Source: Antechinus flavipes (Eukaryota). Taken from it: DNA of 64,000 bases. The notes beneath the pieces were generated by a model. The model searched no databases. It was given only the letters and a program-made list of their open reading frames with translations, and was not told the origin of the DNA. The position numbers and the translations under genes are program-made. The stretch is from assembly GCF_016432865.1 (NCBI RefSeq), contig NC_067401.1, positions 208,940,001 to 209,004,000 on the forward strand, written 5' to 3'. Below, in pieces: positions 13,160 through 25,477 of this stretch; position 1 is the stretch's first letter, and each line of letters starts with the position of its first letter.

Positions 13160-13548
13160 TCAATGAATTCTAGTGGTTCTCTATGACCTCCCAGATCAAA
13201 TATAAAATTCTCTTTTACTTCTAAAGCCCTTCATAAACTAGTCCCTATCTTTCTAATCTACTTTTACCTTACTTTTTTTCACTTACTTTTCGATCCAGTA
13301 ATGCTGGTTTCCTTTCTTTTCCTAGCCCAGGACAGATCATCTCCTGACTGCATTTTCACTCACTGTCCTTCATGCCTGGAACTCTCTTCCTCCTCATCTC
13401 CATCACCCAACTTTCTTGGTTTAGATGCTGAGATCTTGAGAGTAGAGGAACTTGCGTTTTGTTTTTGCCTTTTTTTATATTCCCAGTGCTTAGCACAGCT
13501 TTTGGCATGGAATAATAGGTGCTTAATAAATATTTGTTGACTTGATTT
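13160..13548 (+). mobile_element. L2 LINE 3' fragment
   Basis: catgcctggaactctcttcctcc...cccagtgcttagcacag...ggtgcttaataaatatttgttgacttgatt. Confidence 0.85.
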
Positions 13549-13927
13549 GATCTTTCTGTCTGTTTGCATCTTGGGAAGTCACCTTCACTTCTGCTACACA
13601 CAGTAGGAGTCTCCTTTATGATACTCCCAGTGAGTGGTCATAAACATTTGGTGAAGGCAAGTGTTGGATATTGCTCAGTACTTTCTGATGATCAATACTG
13701 GGGGATTCAGTTACCCCTTAAAAAAACAACAACATGAAGATCTATTGCCAGATCATCATTCTGGATGGAGAATCTCAAACTGTAATCAAACAGGCCAGAA
13801 TATGATGCTACTAGTTTTTGACCTATTCTTTAGCTTCAGTTATTTAAAAAAGAAAAGGATCTATCACCTCTTTGGAGATTTAAGATGATCTGGAGTTCAG
13901 CTTTAACATAGAGGAAAAGGTGTCAAA

Positions 13928-14555
13928 AAATCATACTATCTCAGAGTTGAAATGGACTAGAGGCAATTGGATACAATATGTAATCAAACAAGAATTCTTT
14001 TTCCATTATCCCCAGTGAGTTATCATTTGGCTTCTACTTGAAGACCTCCTAGAAATAAACCCACTAATTTCTGGGTCAACCTGTTGCGTTTTGGAGCATC
14101 TCTTCCTTTTGCTGACCTTTGATCTGCTTCTTAGCCACTTCTAGCTATCTCTCCTAGTTCTTCCATCTAGGGCCAAACAGAATAAGTTTCTTCCATGTGA
14201 CATCTCATGAAGCTTTTGAAAATAGTATCATGCTCTTCAGTTCTGCTCCCCCAAGCCCCCAAGCCTTCTAATTTTCAGGCAAAACATTTTCATTTCTTCT
14301 AGCTGATTCTACAATAGCATGATATCCAATCTCCACACCAACCTAGTAGCTTAACCTTCAATGATTTCTAGTTCATCAATATCCTTGCTGAAATATGATC
14401 TCCAGAAATTAAAACTAAATTTCAATAATGTTCCATATGTGATATAACTGGGACTGTCATGTCCCTCATTTGGGACATTAAATCTCTGCAACGTAATATT
14501 GCACTCACTTTTTGAGGGGCTACCATATTCAGGGTCCCACTGTCCATTCATATTA
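13928..14555 (-). mobile_element. L3/CR1 LINE 3' fragment
   Basis: aatcatactatctcagagttgaaatggac (antisense L3 end); ggcttctacttgaagacctcc; ccttgctgaaatatgatctccagaa. Confidence 0.75.
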
Positions 14556-15898
14556 ATGATACTTGAAGGAAAAAACAGGAAACTGATAATCTGTACAGTC
14601 TACTGAATCCTTCTAACTAGGTCAAGGTCAGAATATAGGAATTGAAATCAGATGACCCTGGGTTCTCATCCTGTCCCTTGTATTATCTATAGAACTTTAG
14701 TCAAGTCATTTTCACCATCTGGGCTTCAGTTTCCTTATTTGTAAAGTGAACAGGCTGTACTTAGTGACCTCCAGGTCTCTCCAACCTCTAAATCTATGAT
14801 CCTTTGTCATTAGCATCTTGCAGCCTTGTAAATGATTTCACTCATGCTACTTGCATTGAGTCTTTGCTAACCTTTTGTCCTCATCCTCCTATTCACCCCC
14901 AACTTATTCCTCTACAGATCTATTTTCTTTTCCCCTCCTTCATCCTATATACATTGTTCAAGTTTGCTTACCTCCTGGGAAGCCACATTGACAGAGGATA
15001 TAGAAAGGGACAGGAAAGAGTACAGGGGAAGAAAGATTGATTTCATTGAACTTTGTGGTCCTTTTCTGTTTCATTTTGTAGGGAGGACAGGGGGCAGCTA
15101 AACACATATTGTGACCATGTGGATTCAGGGATCCCCCAGAGGAGTCTTTGTAAAGAAGCCTGCTGGAGTGAATGATGATAGATGGTTCGCTTCAGGCTCT
15201 TTATTGTCATACTAACCCCTTCTGCTGCTTCTCCTTCATCTCTGATGCTGTTTCTAGTCATGGCCTCTTAAGTTGAGCATACAGGTTGGGAGCCATGACA
15301 TTTCTTCATTTAGATTCATAGCTCACAAAGATCACAAATTTATAGCTGAAAGGGACCTTGGAGGAACCTAGACCAACCTCGGCATTTTGTAGATGAGGAA
15401 ATTTGAGGCCCAGATGGGATTTAGAGTCATGTAGTAAATTAGGATTTACATGTGAGTTCTTTGACTCCAAATCCAATATCTTTTTCACTTACAAAGCAGG
15501 AGTTGGAAGATTATTAGAAATCAGATGTTAGAATACCTTCATTCTAAAGCATTCTCAGTGATGTATAATGTCACTTAATAGTGTCACAGTGATATATAGC
15601 ATCACTTATTAATGAAATGCTTACTGACTTAATTACAGATGAGGAAACAGGTCCTCATAGGTTAAGTGAATCAAGTATAAGTAATACAACCTCAGTAAGT
15701 TGGAGAGTAAGGATTCAAATTCAGATCTTCTAGCTTCATATCCAGTACCTTTCTCAAGGTGATATATTGACTCTTTAGCAAAGAAAAATATGTCTTGTGT
15801 CAGGGAAAAGATAGGAGCAGTATTTAGTTCAAAGCCATGATAAAATCATGGCAAGAACTCAGGTCTTCTGACTCAATTTAAAATTCTGCAAAATTTCA

Positions 15899-16020
15899 GT
15901 TAGTTAGTTAGTTAGTCAACAAACATTTAAGTGCCTACTATGTGCCAGGCATTGTGCTACTCATTGGGGATGTAAAAAGGAGAAGACAGTCTCTACTCCA
16001 AAGAAGCTCACAATCTAATG
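15899..16020 (-). mobile_element. L2 3' end with (TTAG)n tail
   Basis: gtcaacaaacatttaagtgcctactatgtgccaggcattgtgct. Confidence 0.85.
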
Positions 16021-19000
16021 AAATCTAATGGAATATCATCTCATATCATATATACATGGATGGTGGAAATGCCTGAATTAGAGAGGGAAGATGGCTCTGG
16101 AAAGATCCTTTTCTCTGGGAAGAATAAAAAATCATTCTATGCCTTCTCATCAAGGGAAAAGCCAATAAGAAAGGATAGGCACCTTATGCTGGTAAACATT
16201 TAATTCCCTTAGATAGATTTGTCAAAAACCACACATCTGCTAAATGCATTATATGTTTTGATCTCAAGGCTAAAACATAGCCAGAGTAATTCATGTCTCA
16301 ACAAGGTCAGACATTGAATTCTCCTTCATTTGGATTATATAAAGGATTTAGAGGTGGAAGAAATCTTAGAGATCATCTTATGCAACTCTTTCATTTTATA
16401 CAGATGAGGAAACTGAGCCCCAGAAAAAAATTAACTGACTTGCACAGAACTAAAGGACTGAGATTGTACAGACTACATATCCACGGCTCTTTTCATTGTC
16501 TTATAAGAGAATGTCACTTGCATTCCCTCTGCGGCTTTGAATTCCTCTTAAGTATGAATCAATAACCAAATTTAGGGGTGCCCATTTGTGCATTTGAAGT
16601 TTAACTTGGTTTACCCAGAATTGCATAACTAGCTGTTATGAACCATAATTGTTCCCTCTTTTCCCCATATTTCTCAACCCTTCAGGTTTTGTCAAAGTTT
16701 CAAAAAACTGACCTTTGATTTTTATATTAAAAAGAAATCAGGTTAAAGGAAAATGCGGATTTATTTTAAACGTTAAAAAGGGCTACCCGGGAAGATGACA
16801 TCCTTCCAGTAATTGTGACATTTTGTCAGGCTGCAGCATTTCTTTGCCTTCACACTGAGACACTATAGCATCGATTTAAGCCAGAAGACAATAGAACCTC
16901 ATTAAAATAGAACTGGTATCCTAAAGTTGGAAGGAACCTTAAAAGTTATTTAGTCTAATTGTTGTAACTTAAAAATGAGAAAAACCAAGACTTAGAGAAG
17001 TCAAATTCAAACCAGTATCAAGTAGCAGAGTATTTTAGGATACTAGGTCCTCAAATTTAAGGATGTCTCCAAATCCAGTTCTCTTTACGCTTCACCCTAC
17101 TGCCCTGCAAAAGGATTTTCTCTTCCTGCTCCTCTTCTGCTCCCCCGTGGGTTAGAAGTGCTTTTTGGTATACACATAAGACTGATGAGTATTTTGGATT
17201 TGTCATTGGGAAAGGATTCTCAAAAGCTCCTTTTGGAGGTCCTGCAGCAGGAGAAAGGTTATAAAGAAACGTTAACAGTCTCTGGTTACCTTTTCGCCCC
17301 TTCCACTGGATTCAGTATGTTACATATCTAGGGAAATCACCAATTCATTATACTTTTCGGAAAGAAGAAAAAGAAGCATCTGTCAAATTGTCATTACTGA
17401 TTAGATGCTTCAGGATGAAGCTTGTGGCCAGGAATCTATAAAACTTTTAAAGGCTAACACCTGCTTTTGACATTTGGAAAGAGGGGAAGAGAGGGGAGGA
17501 AAATCATTTGCAGGTTTTTCATTTAAGAAAGTGGCGCTGGGCTCGTAACTCTGTGGTGTTTCTTACCTCTTGGGAATAATGATAACTTCTACTCAGTTTG
17601 GGGAGAAATCCAGTTTGGACACTCTGTCTGTTCTGTTGTATTTTGCTTGAGTATAAAATCCTCTTTTCCACTCTGCCTATGATTTGAAAAAAGGGTGGGA
17701 CATGCTGTCTTCCAGCTCCACTTAACATTATTTTTAGGTGCCCTTTTATATAACAATAACTTGATACTACTCAAAATACTTGGCACCTTAAGAGACAGAG
17801 TGGAATGTAAGAACACTTTAGCAGAGCTGAAAACGAGTAAACTCCAGTAGTTGTGGAATGAAGGGGGTAGGCTTTTCAGTTCCTTATTCTGAGTTCACAG
17901 AAGATAAGAATACCAGGATTAACACAATAGACTCCATTTATTACACATGGGTGGATAAAGCAATTATCTGTCTATCAAGACTGTAGTAAATTGTGCAACA
18001 GCATTAAGGAAGGGTGGATAGGTGGATAAACGTAGGGGGAAAGGGTGCTGATATATGAGATAATCCTTTGAATTTAACTTGTAAAAACTGTTTTCTTTTG
18101 GCGTTTATATCATGTTACCTTTGCTGGCTTAGATCAAAATGACCCTCCCCCTCCCCACCTCTTTTTTTTTTTTTTTTAATTGTCAACAACATTTTTCAGC
18201 TCTTTGGCCATCTGAATTTTAATGGGGAGGGGGGAGTTCAGAAACATCTCTTGTTTAATCGTGTTTAAACAATCTAAGACTTATCGTAGATATAAACAAT
18301 AGTTCTTTAATGTAGGAAACTAACTTCTGAAAGATGCATCAGACACCCATCCATTATTGCTAAAACTTCTCTTTCTTCCCTGCCTTAAACTTAGATGGCA
18401 ACCACAGTCCTCAGCTGATAATATTCCTCAGTTAGGAGAAACCAAAATGCACCTCATTGATGTCTAGCTCGCTGAGAATTGCAAAGCAGCATACAATTGG
18501 AGAGGTCTTAGACTAGATTAAAACTAAGTACCTTAAATCTGTTTTAATGGTTGTGTTTACATCTCCTTCTCTTCATTCCTTTAAAGTAATCAGGTTTCGC
18601 AAGCGTTAAGAAAACCATCTCATCTTGCCAGCTGGACTGGGTCCAGTTTAAGCAAGAAAGGCTCCCCCCATTTAAACTCTTCCAGCCCCCATTTTTCTTT
18701 CTTTTTCTTTTTTCCTTTTTTGATGATCTTTCCTGCCATTCAGTGCTGTAAGACCAAGCTTTGGGAGCCGACTGGCTCTTTCCCTGCTCGTTATCTTTAA
18801 AATTTTTCTTCCTCTTGTTTCAAGCGACAGCCAAATGGAAAAGGTGATGCCCTTGCTGGAAGTGCCAGGAAGGTTGTTTTTTTTTTTTGGGGGGGAGGGT
18901 AAATTTCAGGTGCCTCCCTATAGTATTTTCTCTTTACTAAAGTACCTACACATGTGTATGCAGCCATACTGAGAAAAAAGGAGCAGAGAATTAAGGTAGA

Positions 19001-19324
19001 GATCAAGCATCTTCAGGATAGCTTTTATTGTCTTTTGAATCTTTGATGGGTAGTTACTGCCAGCTTTGTTTAGCTGGATTATTGGGAAATGCACAGGGAT
19101 GCTTTATATTTCTTTTTGAAAAATAAAGATGAACAAAAGTTGCCATTTGTTTGTTTTGTTTTGTTTTTTCCTTCTCTGTATGTTTCACACTGTTATTATT
19201 TTAGGTTGTACCAAATAGAAAAAGAAATTAGAGTTTAGGAATTTAGGTTTAGTTATTAAACTAAACTAAACTAAACTAGGCCCTAGTTTTTCCAAGAACC
19301 TTTTTAGACTATTTGCAATATGTG

Positions 19325-20290
19325 TGTTCATTGATTGGAACCAGACAAAGCTAATGTGATCTTAGGTTGCAAATTTAAAAAAACCTGGAACTCAAGATTA
19401 GGGAGATGATGTGTTCTAGGTCCCAAAATATCTAAAGTATTGCAGTTAGTTCTGAGTACTGTGGTTTAGGGAGTAAAGAAAAAGTGAATACACATTTATG
19501 TGCCTATTATTTGGCAGGAAAGTACTGTTTTATTTGATTTTCCCATCAACTTTAGGAAGTAGGTGCTAGAATCACACAACTATTAAGTAGATGAGTCAGC
19601 ATTTGAACTCAGGACTCCCTGACTCCAGAATAAGCTTGCCTTATTAATACTGATAAATTAGAGTACACCCATCTAGAAGGGGACAGCCAAGGTCAGATCA
19701 GGTGAATGAACTGGGAATGGACATGAAAGTGAAGGACATGATAAGATTGGGATTGAAGTGGAAGAGAGATGAGATCTCCAGGGAGATAGAATCAATCACA
19801 GTGGTTAGTAATCAATGTGGTTCTCAAAGTCTGGTCTAGAGCATCCTCAGAATCTCTGAAATCCTTTCAGAGAGTGTACAAATTCATAATTGGTTTTTAT
19901 TTTTAATGTGATCAATATCTATACTATAACCCACATAATCAAAAACTCTTTGGACAGATCCTCAATCATTTTTAATAGGATAAAGATATTGAGAACAAAA
20001 GTTTGGGGACCACTGGGTCTGGTTGGCCCCCAGGGCAAAACTAAGGGCAACTAATGAAAATTATAGAACTAAATTTAGGTGTAATATAAAGAAAATCTTA
20101 CTAACAGTTACAGTAAGACAAAAGGAGAATAGGTTGGTCCCAGAGGCACCCCTCCTCCCCCAAAGAAAGGTCTCCAAACAAAAATTGGATCCCCCTATGC
20201 TGGGAATATTGTGGAGGGGTTTCCTGTTCAGATACAGGTTGGACCAGATGACTCTGGGTTTCCTTCCAACTCTGAAATTCCATGATTCTG
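19325..20290 (+). mobile_element. L3/CR1 3' region split into 19325-19470 and 20020-20290 by later insertions
   Basis: aaagctaatgtgatcttaggttgca...agtattgcagttagttctg, then the 3' end gttggaccagatgac...ccttccaactctgaaattccatgattc. MIR, L2 and a hAT MITE lie between the two parts. Confidence 0.75.
19815..20015 (+). mobile_element. hAT-Charlie1-type MITE (~200 bp)
   Basis: Ends gtggttctcaaagt...aaagtttggggaccactg. Internal tataacccacataatcaaaa is shared with the 20502-21008 element. Confidence 0.75.
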
Positions 20291-20501
20291 AGAGTGAATT
20301 GGGAGATGATCAAAGCAAATGGTACTGACTGGATGTAATAAGAGTTATAAATTAAATTTCCACTTTTTTCTTCTCTTCAACTTTTATTGAGAGACAATTC
20401 CTTTTTTCTCTCATGCAATTTGGTATCGTGGAAAGAAGATTAGACTGGGAGTAAGGAAACCTTGGTTTTCTGCTAGTTTTACATTGGTTAGATTAGATTA
20501 A

Positions 20502-21008
20502 TAGTGCTCAAAGTGTGGTCTTGAAATCCTCTAGAGGTCCCTGAGATATTTTGGGGGTCCTTGAGGTAAAAAAAAATCCCTCTTTTTATAATAATACTGG
20601 ACACTATTTGCTTATTAAAATACTTCTTTTTTCTAACAACATATCTTTGTGAGAATAGATTTTCTTCATATATTTCGACCAAAACAACATATCACAAGAG
20701 ATTGAATGCAGAAGCAGATATGAGAATCCAGCTGTCTTCTATTATGCTAGACATTAAAGAGACTTGCAAAAATATGTAAAACAATTCCATTTCTCACTAT
20801 TTTTTGTTTGGGGAATATAGTTTATTTTTCATAAAAATGTTTAAACTTTTTTTTTGCTATTTTAAATTAATAAATATTTTAGTGTTGATTTCTAATGGCA
20901 AATGCAATAGCTTTAACCCACATAAACAACATTTTTTTAACAAACCTCTATAATTTTGAAGAGTCTAGTGGAGGTCCTAAGACCAAAAAAAATTTGAGAA
21001 TCTCTAGA
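20502..21008 (+). mobile_element. hAT Charlie1b-like non-autonomous DNA transposon (~505 bp)
   Basis: ctcaaagtgtggtc start; agattgaatgcagaagcagatatgagaatccagctgtcttctatt core; gaccaaaaaaaatttgagaa end. Confidence 0.85.
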
Positions 21009-23424
21009 CTGAAAAACTGCAAAGGCCCTTTTTAGTCTTGAAAGCATTTTAATAGAGTAATTGTAGGGAGGGGGAAAGATACCATCCTGGATAGGAGTTT
21101 AACCTTGAACAGACATATTGAATTTGGAAACAGTTGGCAGGAAAATATAGTGACCCACACTCTGGTACCAGGTTACAATCCTGGGTAAGGAGAGCAAAAG
21201 TGGAAAAAAAAAAGTGTGCTAGATCTATTCATCCGGGCAGCTGGCATTTAATTCATTTTCTCCTGAGCCTGCAAATTGCTTGTTTTACCTCTGCTTTTTC
21301 TCTTTCCACTATTTCCTTCTGTTCTTCTATTCTTCTCAATTCCCGTAAGTATTTTCTCTTTCTTTTAAAGTGCAACAAAACAAGTTTTTGAATCAGTTAA
21401 TTCAGGAAAAGTACATATAACCCAGGCATCTGATCATCAGAATGTTATTCCTGAGGCGTGACTGATACTGGCATGGCTTAATAACCCTGTCCTTTTTTCC
21501 AGAAGTTTTCTTCTTAGATGTTTACGATTTGACACAGCCTAAAATCTAACATGGAAGTTGTCAGCCCCAGATGTGAATAGGCCTGTTGTTCCTTCTCCTA
21601 TTCTAGGCCTAAAATTAATGGAACTTGTTTCTAGTTACAGACAGATGAAAGTTTCTCAATCCCTACATTTATATTTTATACGTACATATATGGGTATATA
21701 TAACTTATCTGTAGTTATTTATTTGTTGCTGGTTTTCTAGTCGCTTACTGCTCAAAGTCTTGGGGTCTTTAGGAGTCTCTTGTTACCAATATATGTAACA
21801 GGTAATATACTGGTGATTTGGGGATAATGAATTCCTCAGTCACTAATATAAAATAATATATTATGTGGAAAAAAAACCAGTAATTTTAAAAAATTCCAAA
21901 GGAATTATTAGAAGGGGCTATTGAATAAATGTAGTACTCAGTCACATGATTTTTCTTTAACTTTTTCTATGGAGTTCTTGGCCTAATTATGTAATTATGT
22001 CTCTTGAGTAAGATTATATTTTTCTTCCCATAATTACATATTTACCCAAGAGACTGGAAAATCTCCAAACCTGCTCTCTTGGGTGAAAATTGTTTCTCCT
22101 CCCCTTTCTTGATGAACTTTGAGGCTCACGTGCTTGACAACTAAATAAATTTTTGAAGATGGACTTTTGAAGATTTGTAGTCTCTGTCTCTATTATTCTC
22201 TGTCTCTTTCTCTCAATGTTCAGAAATCAATACTTTTATTAATAGGACTCCTTTTGGAATGTCGCTTAAGAAGAGGCAGCTTGCTACTATTCATGGTTGG
22301 AGATTGATTTATATTCCTGTGTGTCTTTCTAGAGCAAAAAACAAGATAGACCTAGAGCTATCCTTTTTTCATCTACTGTATCTGAGCTCTTAAGACTAAC
22401 GGAGGGGCTCTGTCTTTTTGGTGTCAAGTAAGCTAATTATTTAATATGTCTGACTTCCAAATATTCAAAGGTCTTAGGAGCTAGAAAAATGATGAGAGTT
22501 TCTGAGTCCATTTTTGTTGACCTTCTCCAGAAATAGATTTTTATTCTAAACTAAGCACTATACTCTAAAGGACATTTGTGAGTCAGCAGCTTTTCCCAGT
22601 GAAGATTGCAGACTTATCAATCTCACAGTGGGAAATTGTTTTCTAATGACATTTTTTGGGGGAAACTTTTCATCTTTCAATGGACAAAGTAGGGAAAAGA
22701 GCAAGTTCTCCCATGAGCTAAGATAATATGAATTTTACTGTAAATGTTGTAATATAAAAACAAAAACAAAACTTGTGCTTAGCTAGTCAACTAATTCAAT
22801 AAAATTTCTTTGGAGCAGTCCAAGACAGTGTACTGGGTGTAAGAACTGCAGAGATAAATTAAACCTTGTTCCTGATCTCAAGAAAGTTACAGTCTATGTT
22901 TAATCTATATAAATATATACTGAAGATTGGAAAAAAAGATGAAAAGATGAGACAGTTTCCAGAGATAAAGTTTTACTTCTATTTTTGTTTTTTCACTATT
23001 ATTTGTCATGATTATGTTTTCCTATGCACCACAATATTTATGAGACATGATAAAATGTCTTTTTGGAAGTAGCAGGCAGATTTACTATATGTCTTTATAA
23101 AACCACATTAGAATAACTTCCTCCAAAATAATTTTTAAATGGTCAGAGGCCACCTTTCTTAATTTTTTTTCTGTTCATGAACAAAATTATTTGTACCAGA
23201 TAATTTGGCACTTTCTTTTATCAGTATTTAACATTATTACATAAGATTTTGTCTTGTTCTCTATAATATGTGTGCATGTTTTATTTGTCTCACTATATAT
23301 AGTATTTCTTTATATGTAAAGCACCTATATTTCTTTTGTGTCCTGTAGCATCTAGCCCAGTTCTAGGTACAATGTATGTGCTTAATAAGTACTTATTTAT
23401 TTATTTGATCCAAATGATAAATAG

Positions 23425-23535
23425 TTGGTAGCATACTAGACCTGGAGTCAGGTCCTGAGTGAAATTTTGGCCAGACACTTACTAGCAGTGTGACCCCTGG
23501 AAAGTCACTTAGCCTTGATTGTCTCCCCCAAAAAG
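23425..23535 (+). mobile_element. WSINE1-like short marsupial CORE-SINE
   Basis: gacctggagtcagg...cagacacttactagcagtgtgacc...aagtcacttagcc...gattgtctcccccaaaaa. Confidence 0.65.
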
Positions 23536-23659
23536 CCACATGTGAGCATAAATTTTTTAATAGCTATGACATAGTTATGAGAAACAGGGTATGTTCTTGT
23601 GTATTATTTCAATGATCTTTTGATTGTTGGCCACACAGTCAAGAAAATTCATGTTCATG

Positions 23660-23826
23660 TCCTCTTCCTGATTGTGTGATTATAGGTGAATCACTTAGTC
23701 AGGCAGCAGTCTAAGGTTCCAAGCTGCATACCAGCTTCTGATCTGTATGGGTAGAAAGAGTTTCCACACTGGGGCTTCTCTATATTGATGAAATCATAGG
23801 ACCAGAACAAGACCAAAACAAAAAAC
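23660..23826 (+). mobile_element. WALLSI4-like marsupial SINE 3' part
   Basis: gatctgtatgggtagaaagagtttccacac...tatattgatgaaatcataggacc followed by an A-rich tail. Confidence 0.5.
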
Positions 23827-24794
23827 CCATTAGCCTGGAAGAAGAATTATTATTAAAATATATGCTAATTGCCAAGGCTACTTCTCAGGAGGCTATAAAA
23901 TCCTAAAAGGGATTTAAAAAATTATGAAGTACTCATGGAATAGTTGTTCAGTTTAGACTGTCTGCTATCTTTTTTTTTTCTCTTCAAGATGTTTGAAAAC
24001 ATTTTTATTTGAAGGCTGCCTCATTTTTGGAAGCTAGATTTATAGGTCTGTAATTTCCAGACCTTCACTTAAACATTGCTAGAATGTCCCAATAGTGCTT
24101 AACCAGATGAGGGGTTTCACTTCTCCCCTTTGCAATGGTATCCTTTCTCTCTCTCCTAAAGGGCACGGTACATTTCTAGGAATGTACAGAAAAGTGTCAG
24201 AATTTTAGAGTAGAAACCCAAATGCTTATGCTCCTCTAACGTTTTTGGCTCTGACCTATTCATGTCTTGCTCTAAGCAGTTTTTCTGTATATATTCTGGA
24301 CTGTCAAATTCTTTCCTAAAATCAACAACAAAAAAGGAATTCCCTTAAGATATACTAAAACTTCTATCCTGTCTTGAAAGTATGTTTGGTGTAGATTAAA
24401 ACCAGTCATTCTCCTTCCCTATCTTTAACATGCATAAATATGCATATAGATATGTTTGTGTACACACATACATACACATGTGCAGAAGGCAGATCTTAGA
24501 CCTAGATCTAGGAGCTGTGAAGACCAACTACCCACATTACAAATGAGGCAGCTACAACTACAGGGGAAGCTCTTTGCCCATAGTCTCACAGCTATTAAAT
24601 GGAAGTGCTAGGGCCCCAAACCATGTCCTCTCAACAGATCTAGCCCTGTTCATTCAAAAAGTCTTTGTAAGTTTTAGGCACTGTGAATGCTGAGAAGTTT
24701 AGCAAAATAGTCTTTCACTGTGCTCTGCTAGCTTGTCCTTTTCTTCAGATTCACTGTGGAGTGGTGTATTTATTCACCTGTACCTTCACACTGT

Positions 24795-24984
24795 CAGGGG
24801 TCCTTAGACTTTTTAAATAGGGGCCAGTTCACTGTCCCTCAGACTGTTGGAGGGCCGGACTATAGTAAAAACAAAAACTTTGTTTTGGGGCCTTTAAATA
24901 AAGAAACTTCCTAGCCCTGGGTGAGGGGGATAAACGTCCTCAGCTGCTGCATCTGGCCCAAGGGCCGTAGTTTGAGGACCCCTG
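24795..24984. mobile_element. OC1 (OposCharlie1/hAT2)-type MITE, 190 bp, low divergence
   Basis: TIRs CAGGGGTCCTTAGACT (24795-810) and AGTTTGAGGACCCCTG (24969-84), 14/16 complementary. Subterminal ggccc..gggccgtagttt is typical of the family; 3 CpGs are retained. Confidence 0.85.
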
Positions 24985-25477
24985 CTTCGGAATTGTAGCT
25001 CTGATACAAGTTCTTCTGTACTCACATTACCAACTGAATGGAAAAATTCTCAGCAGGAGACTCATGGATATGGACGTACTTTTGCACCGTAGTTTGCCCT
25101 CAGACTGTTGTACTGGCTATAGATGGCTATTTCATTGGGAGTATGAAACCTGCTGATATCTTCAGGTTACAGTTGCCTCTTGGAGGGCAAGTTAAAGGCT
25201 TGGCTTGAGGGGCACTCCTGGACTGTAAGGCCGAGGCTTACAGAGAACATGAGGGAAAGGGAGGGAAAGGGGTCAGAGCACAGACCCCCTGTATCCGGCA
25301 TAGCTTGGGTCTCGTGGAAGTAAGGCGAGGTTTTAAAACAGAAAATGTCAAGTGATTGGAAGAATGATGCCATTCCTGAATCATTGAACACCAACCTGTC
25401 TTGCAAGAACTTTGAATTTATGCTCCTTGAACTTTCCAGAGTAGTGATTGTCTTTTGCTCAGATTTTTCCTCATGCC

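Noticed and set aside
13781-13990. Repeated 12-mer TGTAATCAAACA 198 bp apart
   Set aside because: The length is within chance expectation for AT-rich DNA, and the second copy lies inside an L3.
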